Shown here in pieces: positions 1 to 10,882 of a DNA stretch of 64,000 bases (the first letter of the stretch is position 1; each line of letters begins with the position of its first letter). The stretch comes from Dehalococcoidia bacterium. GTDB taxonomy: Bacteria > Chloroflexota > Dehalococcoidia > Lucifugimonadales > Australimonadaceae. The position numbers and the translations under genes were made by a program. The notes beneath the pieces are model-generated. The model saw nothing but the letters and a program-made list of their open reading frames with translations. It was not told where the DNA came from and did no database searches. The DNA lies in the NCBI GenBank assembly GCA_022820645.1, contig JAJEFD010000002.1, forward strand, positions 227,514 through 291,513, written 5' to 3'.

Positions 1-307
1 CGGCGATGCTCACCTGGTTGAGGCGCTCCAGCCGCCGGAACGTTGGAGAGATGACGGCCGAGGTGCGCGCCAGGGAGAGGTCGTCCAGGTTCTCGGTGCG
101 CTCTTTGATGTCGGCGCCGGCACAGAACGCGCGCCCTGAGCCGGTCACGATGAGCACGCGGACCTCGTCGTCAGTCTCCAGGCGTGTCACCAGGTCCTGC
201 AACTCCTGGGTAACCTCGCGGCTGATGGCGTTCAGACGTTCCTGGCGGTTGAGCGTCAACACGCCGAGTGGCCCTTCGGTCTCGAACTTGATCGTCTGGT
301 ACGTCAT
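1..307 (-). CDS. Enoyl-CoA hydratase/isomerase (crotonase) family protein, 5' part; runs off the window edge
   Basis: Manual translation from ATG at 307: MTYQTIKFETEGPLGVLTLNRQERLNAIS...VRVLIVTGSGRAFCAGADIKE, with crotonase motifs LNRP/Q..LNA and AFCAGAD. Confidence 0.9.
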   Translation of the reverse strand, partial: MTYQTIKFETEGPLGVLTLNRQERLNAISREVTQELQDLVTRLETDDEVRVLIVTGSGRAFCAGADIKERTENLDDLSLARTSAVISPTFRRLERLNQVSIA

Positions 308-365
308 GGGATCGCATCGCCTCCGCATGGTGTTTCAAGCGCAACCGGGGCGCACGGAGGGTTGA

Positions 366-394
366 TTGACCCCCATGCGCCCCGGCACTATAGT
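366..394 (+). promoter_or_regulatory. sigma70-type promoter of tRNA-Arg
   Basis: TTGACC (366-371), 17-bp spacer, TATAGT (389-394), 9 nt upstream of the tRNA. Confidence 0.7.
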
Positions 395-403
395 CGAAGA
401 GAG

Positions 404-480
404 GCCCCAGTAGCTCAGTAGGATAGAGCGGCTGCCTTCTAAGCAGCGGGTCACGGGTTCGAATCCTGTCTGGGGCGCCA
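404..480 (+). tRNA. tRNA-Arg (anticodon TCT)
   Basis: Acceptor stem GCCCCAG/CTGGGGC, D arm TAGCTCAGTAGGATAGAGC, anticodon arm GCTGC-CTTCTAA-GCAGC, T loop GGTTCGAATCC, encoded CCA. Confidence 0.97.
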
Positions 481-489
481 GTCCCCGCC

Positions 490-1239
490 TCACGTGTCCA
501 GCTGCTCTCCCAGGTCGAACTCCACGCCTTCGAAGAGCGGCATCACGGGCTCACCCGAAGGTTCCCGGCGCATCTCCACCTGCATCGCGCGGAGGAGGCT
601 GATGGCCACCTCGATGTACTCGGCCGTCAGCGGGACTGAGAGCCTGCGCCCTGCAGCCGTGATGTGCAGCCCGTCGGCAGCCGGCTCTTCAGCGGGTGCC
701 TCAGGAGCGACGTACGGAGATTCGGCAGCAATCCTCTGGCGCTTGCCAGAATGTTCTGCGATTCTCTCTGCCTTGGCCGGCCTGCCCAGCACTCGTATAG
801 CATCGGTCAGGTGCTTCTGGATGAGCGGAGCGCGCTTGACGATCTCATCCCGGGGAGCGCGGGAGATCTCCTCCAGCCCGACCAGGAGGCTCATGTCGTC
901 CGGCACTTCTCCCTCGAACCGCGTGTAGAGCTGGCTCAGCAGTTCGACGCGCTGGAACGCCTCGGCTGTCGCTTCCAGGCACTCCTCTGAACTGGCCGGG
1001 TGCAGGACCCGCTGCGCCAGCTGAGAGATGCGAAGCTCGCCACGGCCTTCCACGAGGCCGAAATCGCGGAGCGCCGCAACCTTCGCGAACAGGGTGCCGC
1101 TCCCCTCGGCCATCCCCAGTTCCCACGCAAGGCCTTTCACGCTCACCGTCCCCTTGAACTTGTTCAGGATGCGGTTCGCTATCTCAACCGCGTCGCCGAA
1201 CCTGATGTCCGGGTAGCTGTACTGCCCCAGTCTCGCCAT
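490..1239 (-). CDS. Hypothetical protein with probable N-terminal winged-helix domain
   Basis: 249-aa ORF with RBS (GGAGAGG) upstream; pattern YP....DA...LAWELGM...SG....KVAALRDFGLVE resembles a wHTH. Confidence 0.7.
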   Translation of the reverse strand: MARLGQYSYPDIRFGDAVEIANRILNKFKGTVSVKGLAWELGMAEGSGTLFAKVAALRDFGLVEGRGELRISQLAQRVLHPASSEECLEATAEAFQRVELLSQLYTRFEGEVPDDMSLLVGLEEISRAPRDEIVKRAPLIQKHLTDAIRVLGRPAKAERIAEHSGKRQRIAAESPYVAPEAPAEEPAADGLHITAAGRRLSVPLTAEYIEVAISLLRAMQVEMRREPSGEPVMPLFEGVEFDLGEQLDT

Positions 1240-1572
1240 TTCCTCTCCCTCCGCTGCTGTTCATTCTGCCGCGGCACAGAGTTTTTCTGTGCGCCTGAAG
1301 GATTCTGCAGGAGTGAGGCAGATAAAACAATAGAGGAATGCTGCAGGTTTCTCTGGGTTTCTCTGCTGGTTTATCTGGAAACTGCTGACGCTACTCCTAT
1401 GAACTGCTGCCTGAGTCTCTGTTTATTCCTGCGCCGAGGCGTGCGCCGTGTGCCATCGAGGGCTTGCGCGTTCCATCGGGCCTGTGGCGGGGCTCCGGCG
1501 GAAGAGCGCATGGAGGCCGCTTTACCGGCGCCGGATGACCTGTGCATCGGCTTCACCCCGTAGAATCGCTCT

Positions 1573-2436
1573 ATGAAGCTCTGCCGCCGTAAGGGCTGTC
1601 CCGCGATACCTCGGGATTTACGACGTACTCCCCGCTCCCCTACCCTCCGGAGCATGTTGGCGACCGCCCTGCTCCTTGCGCTGCTCTCCACCGCATGCGC
1701 ACCTGGCGAAGCTGAAAGCCAACCTGCCTTGCTGGTGGGTGTCGCCGCGAGTATCCAGCCGGTAGCCGAAGATCTCGCACTGCGGTTCGAGTCCGAGCAC
1801 GGGACCTCCGTTACGCTCGTTGCCGGCGCGTCCGGTACGCTCGCTGAACAGCTGCGCCAGGGCGCGCCGCTCGACCTCATCGTCTCAGCGGACAGCCGGT
1901 ACACCTCTGCCCTCGCCGATGATGGGTTGCTGGTTCCCGCGAGCGCCACCGTGCTCGCGACAGGCGAACTGGTCGCGATTACGAACCTTGACCACGAGGC
2001 GAACGATGTTTCGTCGCTTCTCCGAAGCAGCGCGGTGCGACAGGTAGCCCTTGCAAACCCCGCTATCGCACCGTACGGGGAAGCGGCGGAGCGCTATCTC
2101 CGAGACACGGGTCTCTGGGAGGAGTCAGCCGAACGGATCGCCTACGGCGAGAACGTCGCGCACGCGTTCCAGTTCGTGGTGAGCGGCAACGCGGAGGTCG
2201 GTTTCGTTCCCCGTTCACTGCTTATCGCCTCGGACGCTCGAGGCATCCGCGCTCTGGCCCCGCTGCCGCCGGAAGCGAGCGCCGGTCTTCAGGTCACCGC
2301 AGGCGTAAGCAGTGGATCGAGTGCGCCGGAAACAGCGAAGCGCTTCATCGCGTCGATGGTCGACGCGCAGGCCATCGAAACGTGGGAGAGGTTCGGCCAC
2401 GTGCCAGAGATTGGTAAGGTTGACGGCGCGGAGTGA
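1573..2436 (+). CDS. modA: Molybdate ABC transporter substrate-binding lipoprotein (start may be ATG 1654)
   Basis: VAAS, GASGTLAEQLRQGAPLDL..SAD, ANP.IAPYG.AA, GENV motifs; lipobox-like LSTAC. Confidence 0.9.
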   Translation: MKLCRRKGCPAIPRDLRRTPRSPTLRSMLATALLLALLSTACAPGEAESQPALLVGVAASIQPVAEDLALRFESEHGTSVTLVAGASGTLAEQLRQGAPLDLIVSADSRYTSALADDGLLVPASATVLATGELVAITNLDHEANDVSSLLRSSAVRQVALANPAIAPYGEAAERYLRDTGLWEESAERIAYGENVAHAFQFVVSGNAEVGFVPRSLLIASDARGIRALAPLPPEASAGLQVTAGVSSGSSAPETAKRFIASMVDAQAIETWERFGHVPEIGKVDGAE

Positions 2437-2439
2437 TCG

Positions 2440-3108
2440 ATGGACTGGGACGCCCTTAGACTGAGCCTGCAGACCGGTGTAGCAAGTACGGCGCTTGCAT
2501 TCGTGGTCGGCATCCCTGTCGCATGGGGACTCTCACGTCTGCGCGGATGGATCCACGACCTTCTCTCCACGGCAGTGCTCATACCCATGGTGCTGCCTCC
2601 TACCGTGCTCGGCTACTACCTGCTGCTCGCCGTGGGGCGCAACTCCCCTCTGGGCGAAGCGCTCGACGCGGTGTTCGGGTTCACGTTCGTTTTCCAGTGG
2701 AGCGGAGCCGCGCTCGCGGCCTTCTTCGTTTCCGCTCCCTTCCTCATCCGCACCGCACAGGCCGGGTTCGAGTCGGTAGACCATACGCTGGAAGACGCGG
2801 CTCGGACCCTGGGGCAGACAGAGCGGACCATATTCACGCGCATAACGCTTCCCCTCGCCTGGCGCTCAGTGATGACCGGCGTCAGCCTCGCGCTCGCGCG
2901 GGCGATGGGTGAGTTCGGTGCAACGCTCATGGTGGCCGGAAGCATCCCGGGGCGCACACGCACGATGCCCATAGCCATCTACGAGGCCGTCCTGACAGGG
3001 CGAACGAACGAGGCGCAGGTGCTCGCACTCACGCTGACACTCGTTGCAAGCGGTCTGCTGATCGCCGTTGCGTTCGGCATGCGCAGGAGAAGTGTGCGCT
3101 GGCGCTAG
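2440..3108 (+). CDS. modB: Molybdate ABC transporter permease
   Basis: PMVLPPTVLGYYLL, EDAARTLG, ARAMGEFGAT, TRTMPIAIY. Confidence 0.93.
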   Translation: MDWDALRLSLQTGVASTALAFVVGIPVAWGLSRLRGWIHDLLSTAVLIPMVLPPTVLGYYLLLAVGRNSPLGEALDAVFGFTFVFQWSGAALAAFFVSAPFLIRTAQAGFESVDHTLEDAARTLGQTERTIFTRITLPLAWRSVMTGVSLALARAMGEFGATLMVAGSIPGRTRTMPIAIYEAVLTGRTNEAQVLALTLTLVASGLLIAVAFGMRRRSVRWR

Positions 3109-3199
3109 CACGCCCGCGCAGGGATAACAGAGCCTCTGTGCTCCGCCGGACGTATCATATAGAGAGCCGGGTAGAACCACCGGAACTGGGAGCAGAACG

Positions 3200-4099
3200 A
3201 TGCGTGCCGCGGTACAGAACATCAGTTGGGGAACGGCGGGTCCCATCCTTGCGCTCGTGGGGTCGCTCGCGGTCGCGATCGTCGGTGCATTCATCACCGG
3301 GAGCGAGTTCGGCACGGTGACACAGGGCGTGGAGTCCGTGTCCGCTCAATCCGGCAACTTCCTTGGCGATCTCGGCGATCTGTTCCCCTTCGGGTTCGCG
3401 TTCAGCGCAGGGATGGTCTCTTCTGTTAACCCATGCGGTTTTGCCATGCTCCCCGCCTACCTCGGCCTCTACCTGAGCGAGAGCGAAGGTGGAGAGGCCG
3501 AGGTAGGCGGTGTTGTCTCGAGGCTGCGCCGGGCCCTGCTCGTGGGCGCGACGGTGTCAGTGGGATTCGTCGTGCTCTTTGCCGCCGTCGGGACCCCCAT
3601 CGGACTTGGAGCGCGTGGGATAGCGGACGCCTTCCCCTGGATCGGCCTCATCATCGGCGTGTTGCTCGTCGTAGCGGGAGCGTACCTGCTCTCGGGCGGG
3701 AAGCTCTACAATAATTTTGCAGCCAGCATCTCTGCGCGGTTCGGCGATGCGAACAGCAAGAGCGTGCGAAGCTACTTTACCTTCGGCCTCGCCTACGGGA
3801 CCGCCTCGCTCAGCTGCACGCTGCCCATCTTCCTCGCCGTCATCGGCGGGACATTCACCGCGGAGACCTTCCTGGACTCCGTGCTGCAATTCGTCCTGTA
3901 CGGGCTGGGTATGGGGTCCGTGATACTGGCCCTGACCATCGGCATGGCCCTCTTCAAAGGCGCGATCGCTACCGGCCTCCGCAGGGCGCTCCCGCACGTC
4001 GGCACGATAAGCGCCGTGATGCTGCTCATCGCCGGGACGTTCATCGTCTACTACTGGCTGACCATCGGTGAGTTGCTGGAACGTATCCGGGGCGCGTAG
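3200..4099 (+). CDS. ccdA: Cytochrome c biogenesis CcdA/DsbD-beta family membrane protein
   Basis: NPCGFAMLPAY and SCTLP cysteine motifs, multiple TM helices. Confidence 0.82.
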   Translation: MRAAVQNISWGTAGPILALVGSLAVAIVGAFITGSEFGTVTQGVESVSAQSGNFLGDLGDLFPFGFAFSAGMVSSVNPCGFAMLPAYLGLYLSESEGGEAEVGGVVSRLRRALLVGATVSVGFVVLFAAVGTPIGLGARGIADAFPWIGLIIGVLLVVAGAYLLSGGKLYNNFAASISARFGDANSKSVRSYFTFGLAYGTASLSCTLPIFLAVIGGTFTAETFLDSVLQFVLYGLGMGSVILALTIGMALFKGAIATGLRRALPHVGTISAVMLLIAGTFIVYYWLTIGELLERIRGA

Positions 4100-4164
4100 C
4101 CCGGCTCTGCTGCATCAACGTCCGTCAGCGGCTTTGTTAAACTTGCCACGTGCGTACGCAGCCC

Positions 4165-4208
4165 CTTAACGCCCCGTTAAGCGTTCGCTTGCACGATGGC
4201 CATACACT
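4165..4208 (+). promoter_or_regulatory. Putative Pho box and -10 element of phoP-phoR
   Basis: CTTAAC (4165) and GTTAAG (4176) at 11-bp spacing; TACACT at 4203. Confidence 0.5.
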
Positions 4209-4256
4209 TTTCGTTAGACCTGCGAGGCCTGCGGGCCCTGAACGGAGCCTACTCGC

Positions 4257-4946
4257 ATGACGAACCGCTCTGTGTTGGTGGTGGAAGACGAGGAGAACCT
4301 CGTAGAGGCGCTCCGCTACAACCTCGAGCACGAGGGCTATGACGTGCTCACCGCGCCCGACGGAGGAAGCGGACTCGAGACCGCCCGCGCCGCCCTCCCC
4401 GACCTCGTCATCCTCGACGTGATGCTCCCCAACCTCGACGGCATCGAAGTCTGCCGCATCCTTCGCCGGGAGACCGACGTGCCCATCCTGATGCTGACCG
4501 CGAAGGGCGAGGAGATCGACCGCGTCGTCGGGTTGGAGATCGGGGCGGACGACTACGTCACCAAGCCGTTCAGCATGCGCGAGTTGATGGCCCGTGTGCG
4601 CGCGATGCTCCGGCGTCCGCGCAAGACCGCATCCGCCCGGATGGCTGAACCCCTGCGTTCAGGCTCGCTTGCCGTGGACGTGGACGCGCACCAGGCTTCG
4701 CTCAACGGTGAGGAGTTACGGCTCAAGCCCCGGGAGTTCGACCTGCTCGCGCTCTTCATGCGGAACCCCGGCCGCGCTTTCACTCGGGACCAGATACTCG
4801 AACAGCTGTGGGGGCACGACTACATCGGCGATGTCCGTACGGTAGACGTGCACGTGCGATGGCTCCGTGAAAAGATAGAGGCTGACCCTTCGACTCCTGC
4901 ACGCATCATCACGATCCGGGGGGTCGGCTACCGCTTCGAAGGTTGA
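4257..4946 (+). CDS. phoP: OmpR/PhoB-family phosphate-regulon response regulator
   Basis: Receiver domain (VVEDE, LDVMLP, GADDYVTKPF) plus wHTH (RTVDVHVRWLREK, TIRGVGY); adjacent to the pst operon. Confidence 0.9.
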   Translation: MTNRSVLVVEDEENLVEALRYNLEHEGYDVLTAPDGGSGLETARAALPDLVILDVMLPNLDGIEVCRILRRETDVPILMLTAKGEEIDRVVGLEIGADDYVTKPFSMRELMARVRAMLRRPRKTASARMAEPLRSGSLAVDVDAHQASLNGEELRLKPREFDLLALFMRNPGRAFTRDQILEQLWGHDYIGDVRTVDVHVRWLREKIEADPSTPARIITIRGVGYRFEG

Positions 4947-4957
4947 GGTGAGCCTGC

Positions 4958-6328
4958 ATGGCCGCACTGAGAGGCGCCGTGATCGTCCTGGGAGCGCTGG
5001 CGCTGCTCTCGCTGCTCGCCGGACTGTTGGCTGTCGCCGCCTCGGAGCCGCTGATCGCTCTCCTCTCCTTCTTCGTGGCTGCCACTTTGCTCCTGGTCAC
5101 GGTGCGGGAACTCCGTACCGGTGCTGCAGCTGCCCGCGAGACCCGTGCGGCAGTGGCCGCGATGCGGCGCATCGCCACGGGAAACTTCGACGTACGCCCG
5201 GAACGGCTCACCTCCAGCACCCTGAGCGGGCTGCAGGCGCCGTTCGCCGCGATGACGGAGGCGCTGGCTGCCCTCTTCTCGCAGCTCGCCGACCACCGCG
5301 AGCAACTGACCGCGGTGCTCGACACCATGGCAGACGGCGTCGTCCTCGTCGACGGCGAGAACCGCATCGCGCTCTCAAACCCGGCTGCCCATGAACTGCT
5401 TGGCGTCGAAGCGCCTGTCGGAACGCCGCTGAGCTCGGTGCTGCGCGATCACGAACTGCGGGCGCTCGTAACGCTCTGCAGAGAGTCAGACCAACGCACC
5501 TATACGGAGCTTGCGCTCGCCAACCCGCGACGCAGCATGAGCGCAACAGCGACTCCCATCACCACAACGCCCGCCGAAACCGAGTCTGACGAGCAGGGAA
5601 CCTCCGTCCTCTTGACACTGCACGACCTGACGCCCGTACGACAGCTGGAAACGACGCGGCGCGAGTTCGTCGCCAACGTCTCGCACGAACTGCGCAACCC
5701 CCTGGCCTCGGTCAAGGCGATGGTCGAAACGCTCGAAGGTGGCGCGCTCAGCGACCCGGCAACTGCCGCTGACTTCCTCGGGCGCATCAACCGCGAGGTC
5801 GACCGCATGAACGCCATGGTCAACGACCTGCTGGAACTCTCGCGGATCGAGAGGGGACAGTCGGAGCTGCACACGGAGCCGGTTGATGCCGCCGCCACTA
5901 TCACGGCCGTTTGCACCGACCTCGAGCACCGTATCGCGGAATCAGGTGTCGCCGTGACCGTCAATGCCACCGGGAACGTGGTCACGCTCGGAGACGCAGA
6001 GAAACTGCGGCAGGTCATATCCAACCTGCTGGACAACGCGCTGAAGTTCACCCCGCGCGACGGGACCATAGAGCTTCGCGCGGACAACTCGGAACGCGAT
6101 AGCGTCTTGATACAGGTGCGGGACAGCGGTCCCGGTATCGCGCCGGAGCACCTGCCCCACCTCTTCGAACGCTTCTACAAGGTGGACCGCTCCCGCCGCG
6201 ACCAGGGAACGGGGCTTGGGTTGGCGATAGCCAAGCACATCGTTGAGCTGCACGGCGGTGAGGTCGGCGTCGAGAGCACGCAGGGTGAGGGTTCCACGTT
6301 CTGGTTCACGCTCCCTCGCCCAGCCTGA
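4958..6328 (+). CDS. phoR: PhoR-like sensor histidine kinase (TM-HAMP-PAS-HisKA-HATPase)
   Basis: [45 protein letters not shown]. Confidence 0.92.
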   Translation: MAALRGAVIVLGALALLSLLAGLLAVAASEPLIALLSFFVAATLLLVTVRELRTGAAAARETRAAVAAMRRIATGNFDVRPERLTSSTLSGLQAPFAAMTEALAALFSQLADHREQLTAVLDTMADGVVLVDGENRIALSNPAAHELLGVEAPVGTPLSSVLRDHELRALVTLCRESDQRTYTELALANPRRSMSATATPITTTPAETESDEQGTSVLLTLHDLTPVRQLETTRREFVANVSHELRNPLASVKAMVETLEGGALSDPATAADFLGRINREVDRMNAMVNDLLELSRIERGQSELHTEPVDAAATITAVCTDLEHRIAESGVAVTVNATGNVVTLGDAEKLRQVISNLLDNALKFTPRDGTIELRADNSERDSVLIQVRDSGPGIAPEHLPHLFERFYKVDRSRRDQGTGLGLAIAKHIVELHGGEVGVESTQGEGSTFWFTLPRPA

Positions 6329-6350
6329 CATCCATCCTTACTGCAAACTC

Positions 6351-6415
6351 GTTGACGCCGTTAACGTTCCGCTAAAGGCGACCCGCGCTCGCCGTTAACC
6401 TCGCCTCCCTACGCT
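6351..6415 (+). promoter_or_regulatory. Putative Pho boxes upstream of pstS
   Basis: GTTAAC (6360), GCTAAA (6371), GTTAAC (6394); candidate -10 elements TAACCT/TACGCT. Confidence 0.5.
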
Positions 6416-6447
6416 GACGATGTAACCCAACCCACAAGGGAGGCAGG

Positions 6448-7392
6448 ATGATACCGACCAGGCACCTCAGACTGAGTGGACTGATGCTCTTCGTGGCGGC
6501 GTTCGCCGCCTTCGCAGGTGGATGTGGCGACTCGGCCCCCCCAACGGGTTCGAATGCCCTCAGCGGCACGATCCAGATCGACGGCTCCTCTACCGTCTTC
6601 CCCGTCACCCAGGCCGTCGCTGAGGAGTTCCGCAAGGAACAGCCCGGCGTGCAGGTGAACGTCGCTGTCTCGGGCACCGGCGGAGGCTTCAAGCGCTTCA
6701 CCGTCGGCGAGACCGACATCTCCAACGCCTCTCGACCCATAAAGGGCTCCGAGGCCGAAGCCGCCGCTGCCAACGGCGTCGAGTTCATCGAGATGCGCGT
6801 CGGTACCGACGGGCTCTCCGTCATGGTCAACAACGACAACGACTTCGTGGACTGCCTCACCGTCGAGGAACTCAACGAGATATGGAAGCCCGGCTCCACC
6901 ATCAACAACTGGCAGGATGTCCGTGCGGGCTTCCCCGACCAGCGCCTCCGTCTCTATGGCCCGGACACCGACTCCGGTACATTCGACTACTTCACCGAAG
7001 AGGTCAACGGCGAGGTCCAGGTCTCACGCGCCGACTACACCGCTTCTGGTGACGACAACGTCCTCGTCCAGGGCATCGCGGGCGATCGCGGCGCTCTCGG
7101 CTACTTCGGATACGCCTACTACCAGGAGAACAAGGACAACCTCAAGGTCGTCGCCATCGACGATGGCGACGGCTGTGTCCTACCTGAGCCCTCCACCATC
7201 GAGGACGGCTCCTACAAGCCGCTCTCCCGTCCACTCTTCATCTACGTCAACAGGAAGAGCCTCGAGAGGCCCGAGGTGAAGGCGTTCCTGACGTTCTACA
7301 TGGACCACGGCTACCAGCTGACCGGCGAGGAGGGCTACGTCCCCGTAGACCCCAGCGTCTACGCTGCCAACAAGGCTGAAGCAGGGCTCTAG
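6448..7392 (+). CDS. pstS: Phosphate ABC transporter substrate-binding lipoprotein
   Basis: [38 protein letters not shown]; RBS GGAGG. Confidence 0.96.
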   Translation: MIPTRHLRLSGLMLFVAAFAAFAGGCGDSAPPTGSNALSGTIQIDGSSTVFPVTQAVAEEFRKEQPGVQVNVAVSGTGGGFKRFTVGETDISNASRPIKGSEAEAAAANGVEFIEMRVGTDGLSVMVNNDNDFVDCLTVEELNEIWKPGSTINNWQDVRAGFPDQRLRLYGPDTDSGTFDYFTEEVNGEVQVSRADYTASGDDNVLVQGIAGDRGALGYFGYAYYQENKDNLKVVAIDDGDGCVLPEPSTIEDGSYKPLSRPLFIYVNRKSLERPEVKAFLTFYMDHGYQLTGEEGYVPVDPSVYAANKAEAGL

Positions 7393-7408
7393 ACGGCACG
7401 TCCCCCGT

Positions 7409-7458
7409 GGGGCGGTGGCTTCCTCCCACGAGCGAACGCTCGATGTGCCACCGCCCCG
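7409..7458 (+). promoter_or_regulatory. Intercistronic stem-loop after pstS (mRNA stabiliser or attenuator)
   Basis: GGGGCGGTGGC ... GCCACCGCCCC inverted repeat. Confidence 0.45.
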
Positions 7459-7498
7459 CCTTCCCTTCTTCTTCCGGGGCTGGACGCAGCGAGGAGAT

Positions 7499-8485
7499 GT
7501 GATAGACACTACCGCACAAGATGGCTTCGCAGCACCGATCGGACAACGCCGGGCAACTATGCAGTTGAGCCGCAACCGCAAGCGGGGCGCGCTGCAGGGG
7601 CGCATCGTTCACTGGCTCTTCTTCGCTTGCGCGGCCATGTCCGTCATCACCACCTTCGGCATCGTCGCAAGCCTGCTGAGAGAGTCCCTCGGTTTCTTCG
7701 GAGAGATTCCTGTATGGGAATTCCTCTTCGGCACAACCTGGTCCCCCATCCTGAAAGACGCGGAGGGAAACCGGCACTACGGTGTACTCCCCCTCGTCAG
7801 CGGCACGCTCCTCGTGGCCTCAATCGCCGCTGCGGTCGCCGTGCCTGCTGGGCTGGCCATAGCCATCTACCTGTCGGAATACGCGCCGGACAAGGTCAGG
7901 CGCCTCATCAAACCCATCCTGGAGGTCCTCGCGGGCATACCCACCGTCGTCTACGGCTATTTCGCCCTCACGTTTGTCACCCCGCTCCTGCGGAGCATCC
8001 CCATCCAGGTCTTTCGCGAGGACCTCATCGTGTACAACGCGCTGAGCGCCGGTCTGGTTATGGGCCTGATGATCATCCCCATGGTCTCGTCGCTCAGCGA
8101 GGATGCCATGGTCGCGGTGCCCCGGTCGCTCCGCCACGCTGCGTACGCTCTCGGCGGAACGAGGCTGGAGGTCTCCCTACGCATCGTCGTGCCCGCCGCG
8201 TTCTCCGGCATCGTCGCCTCGTTCATCCTTGCGTTCTCGCGCGCCATCGGCGAGACGATGCTGGTAACCATCGCTGCGGGGGCGACGCCGCGCCTCACCT
8301 TCAACCCCATCGAGAGCATCCAGACGATGACGGCCTTCATCGTCCAGCTGGCGCATGGGGAGACCCCGCACGGGTCGCTGGAGTACAACACCATCTTCGC
8401 GGTGGGACTGCTGCTGTTCGCGTTCACGCTCGGCATGAACGTGCTCGGACACTTCCTCGTCCGCCGCTTCCGTGAGGAGTATTAG
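7499..8485 (+). CDS. pstC: Phosphate ABC transporter permease PstC
   Basis: [18 protein letters not shown]; GTG start after GAGGAG. Confidence 0.95.
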   Translation: MIDTTAQDGFAAPIGQRRATMQLSRNRKRGALQGRIVHWLFFACAAMSVITTFGIVASLLRESLGFFGEIPVWEFLFGTTWSPILKDAEGNRHYGVLPLVSGTLLVASIAAAVAVPAGLAIAIYLSEYAPDKVRRLIKPILEVLAGIPTVVYGYFALTFVTPLLRSIPIQVFREDLIVYNALSAGLVMGLMIIPMVSSLSEDAMVAVPRSLRHAAYALGGTRLEVSLRIVVPAAFSGIVASFILAFSRAIGETMLVTIAAGATPRLTFNPIESIQTMTAFIVQLAHGETPHGSLEYNTIFAVGLLLFAFTLGMNVLGHFLVRRFREEY

Positions 8486-8486
8486 C

Positions 8487-9374
8487 ATGGCGAGGGCAGA
8501 GATCACTGCGCTGCTCAACCCGCGCCTCGCCGTACGCAAGCGCATCGGCACAGTGGCCTACGTCATCTTCATCGCGGCCATCCTGATCGGACTCGCCGGG
8601 CTCGCTTCACTGCTCCTGCGTGTGCTCTGGCAAGGGGCGCCCTGGCTCAGCCTGCACTTCCTGACGGACTACCCGTCCCGCTTCGCTGAGCAGGCCGGCA
8701 TGAAGTCCGCCATCTTCGGAACGGTATGGATCATGGGGCTCACAGGCCTCTTCACGGTCCCCGTGGGCGTCGGCGCGGCCGTCTACCTGGAGGAGTACGC
8801 GCCCAAGAACTGGTTCACGCGCATCGTAGAGGTCAACATATCCAACCTTGCCGGCGTGCCCTCGATCGTCTACGGGCTGCTCGGCCTCGCCGTCTTCGTG
8901 CAGATACTCGCACTGGGAAGGACGGTCGTCGCCGGAGCGCTGACGATGTCGCTCCTCGTGATGCCCATCGTCATCATCGCCTCCCGCGAGGCGATACGCG
9001 CCGTTCCTTCGACCTACCGCGAGGCGTCCTACGGCCTCGGTGCAACGAAGTTCCAGACCGTGAAGGACGTCGTCCTGCCCCACGCGCTCCCCGGCATCAT
9101 GACCGGCACGATCCTCGCCATGTCACGGGCCATCGGCGAAGCCGCGCCCATGATCGCCATCAGCGCGCTCGTCTTCCTCACCTTCATCCCTACCGACCCG
9201 CTTGATGAGTTCACGGTGATGCCCGTGCAGATATACAACTGGGTGAGGGATCCCCGGCCTGAGTTCCATGGCCTCGCGGCTGCAGGCATCATCGTCCTGC
9301 TGGCTGTCCTGCTCTCCATGAACGCCGTGGCCATCTACATACGCAACCGCACGCAGAAGAGGTCTGAGGAATGA
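8487..9374 (+). CDS. pstA: Phosphate ABC transporter permease PstA
   Basis: [23 protein letters not shown]. Confidence 0.95.
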   Translation: MARAEITALLNPRLAVRKRIGTVAYVIFIAAILIGLAGLASLLLRVLWQGAPWLSLHFLTDYPSRFAEQAGMKSAIFGTVWIMGLTGLFTVPVGVGAAVYLEEYAPKNWFTRIVEVNISNLAGVPSIVYGLLGLAVFVQILALGRTVVAGALTMSLLVMPIVIIASREAIRAVPSTYREASYGLGATKFQTVKDVVLPHALPGIMTGTILAMSRAIGEAAPMIAISALVFLTFIPTDPLDEFTVMPVQIYNWVRDPRPEFHGLAAAGIIVLLAVLLSMNAVAIYIRNRTQKRSEE

Positions 9375-10159
9375 CAACGACGGAAGCCACCGCCACCGAC
9401 ACGACCCTGAGCGTTACGGGCCTGGACATGTACTACGGTTCGTTCAGGGCGCTGCGGGACATCAACCTGGAGGTGACCCGGAACAGCGTCACCGCTCTCA
9501 TCGGCCCATCCGGCTCCGGCAAGAGCACGCTGCTGCGCTGCTTCAACCGCATGAACGATCTCATCCCCGGCGCGCGGGTGGAGGGCCAGGTGCTCTTCAA
9601 TGGCGAGGACATCTACCACCCAAGCATCGACCCCACCGAGATCAGACTCCGCGTCGGGATGGTCTTCCAGAAACCCAACCCGTTCCCCAAATCCATCTAC
9701 GACAACGTCGCCTTCGGGCTGCGCATCAACGGATTCAGGGGCAACATGGACGAAGCGGTGGAGCGCTCCCTTCGCAGGGCCGCGCTCTGGGACGAAGTGA
9801 AGGACAGGCTCAAGGCGAGCGGCCTCACGCTCTCTGGCGGACAGCAGCAGCGCCTCTGCATCGCGCGCGCCGTCGCGGTGCAGCCGGACGTCATCCTCAT
9901 GGACGAACCGGCCTCCGCTCTCGACCCCATCTCGACGCTCGCGATAGAAGACCTTATGCGCGAGCTGAGCCGGGACTACACCATCGTCGTCGTCACGCAT
10001 AATATGCAGCAGGCTGCGCGGGTATCGGACTGGACGGCATTCATGACGATGGGAGAGGACCGGGCGGGCTACCTCGTGGAGGTCGGCGACACGCACCAGA
10101 TATTCACTAACCCCCGGGACGAACGCACTGAGGGGTACATCACCGGCAGGTTCGGTTAA
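9371..10159 (+). CDS. pstB: Phosphate ABC transporter ATPase
   Basis: [44 protein letters not shown]. Confidence 0.97.
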   Translation: MTTTEATATDTTLSVTGLDMYYGSFRALRDINLEVTRNSVTALIGPSGSGKSTLLRCFNRMNDLIPGARVEGQVLFNGEDIYHPSIDPTEIRLRVGMVFQKPNPFPKSIYDNVAFGLRINGFRGNMDEAVERSLRRAALWDEVKDRLKASGLTLSGGQQQRLCIARAVAVQPDVILMDEPASALDPISTLAIEDLMRELSRDYTIVVVTHNMQQAARVSDWTAFMTMGEDRAGYLVEVGDTHQIFTNPRDERTEGYITGRFG

Positions 10160-10186
10160 CCTAGTGTTGGGGCGTGCCAGGAGGAC

Positions 10187-10882
10187 GTGATGATGAACAG
10201 ACCGATGGGCAGACACCAGCGTGCAGAGTTCGACCGGGACCTCCAGGACCTCCAGGACGACCTCCTTGCGCTGGGCAGCATGGTGGAGAAAGCGACCTTC
10301 CTGGCCGTCGAGGCGCTCAAGACCCGTGATCTCGCGTTGTCCCAGCAGGTCATCAAGGACGACGACATCATCGACCGGAAACGCGCCGAGCTCGAGGAGC
10401 GCGCGGTCGACCTCATCGCCATCCAGCAACCCGTCGCGTCAGACCTGCGCATGCTCATCGCCGCCCTGCACGTCTCGATGGAGCTCGAACGCATAGGCGA
10501 CTACGCGGAGGGCATCGGCAAGATCAGCGTCATGATGGGAGACCAGCCGCCGATCAAGCCGCTGGTCGACATCCCGCGCATGGCCGAGAAGGCCAACGCG
10601 ATGCTTCGCGCTTCCCTCGACGCGCTGGTCAAGCACGACGTCGACAAGGCATACCAGGTGTTGGCCGACGACGACGAGGTGGATGCGCTCTACGACCAGG
10701 TCTACCGCGAACTGCTCCTCCTGATGGTGCAGGACCCGAAGGTCATCGAACGCGCTACCCACCTGCTCTGGACGGCGCACGACCTGGAGCGCATCGCCGA
10801 CCGGGCGACGAACATCGCCGAGCAGGTTGTCTACCTCGTCACCGGCAAGCAGGTAGACCCCGGCCGCGCCTCCCGGTACTAG
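10187..10882 (+). CDS. phoU: Phosphate signalling complex protein PhoU
   Basis: QQPVASDLR, LERIGDYA, LERIADRATNIAE. Confidence 0.96.
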   Translation: MMMNRPMGRHQRAEFDRDLQDLQDDLLALGSMVEKATFLAVEALKTRDLALSQQVIKDDDIIDRKRAELEERAVDLIAIQQPVASDLRMLIAALHVSMELERIGDYAEGIGKISVMMGDQPPIKPLVDIPRMAEKANAMLRASLDALVKHDVDKAYQVLADDDEVDALYDQVYRELLLLMVQDPKVIERATHLLWTAHDLERIADRATNIAEQVVYLVTGKQVDPGRASRY

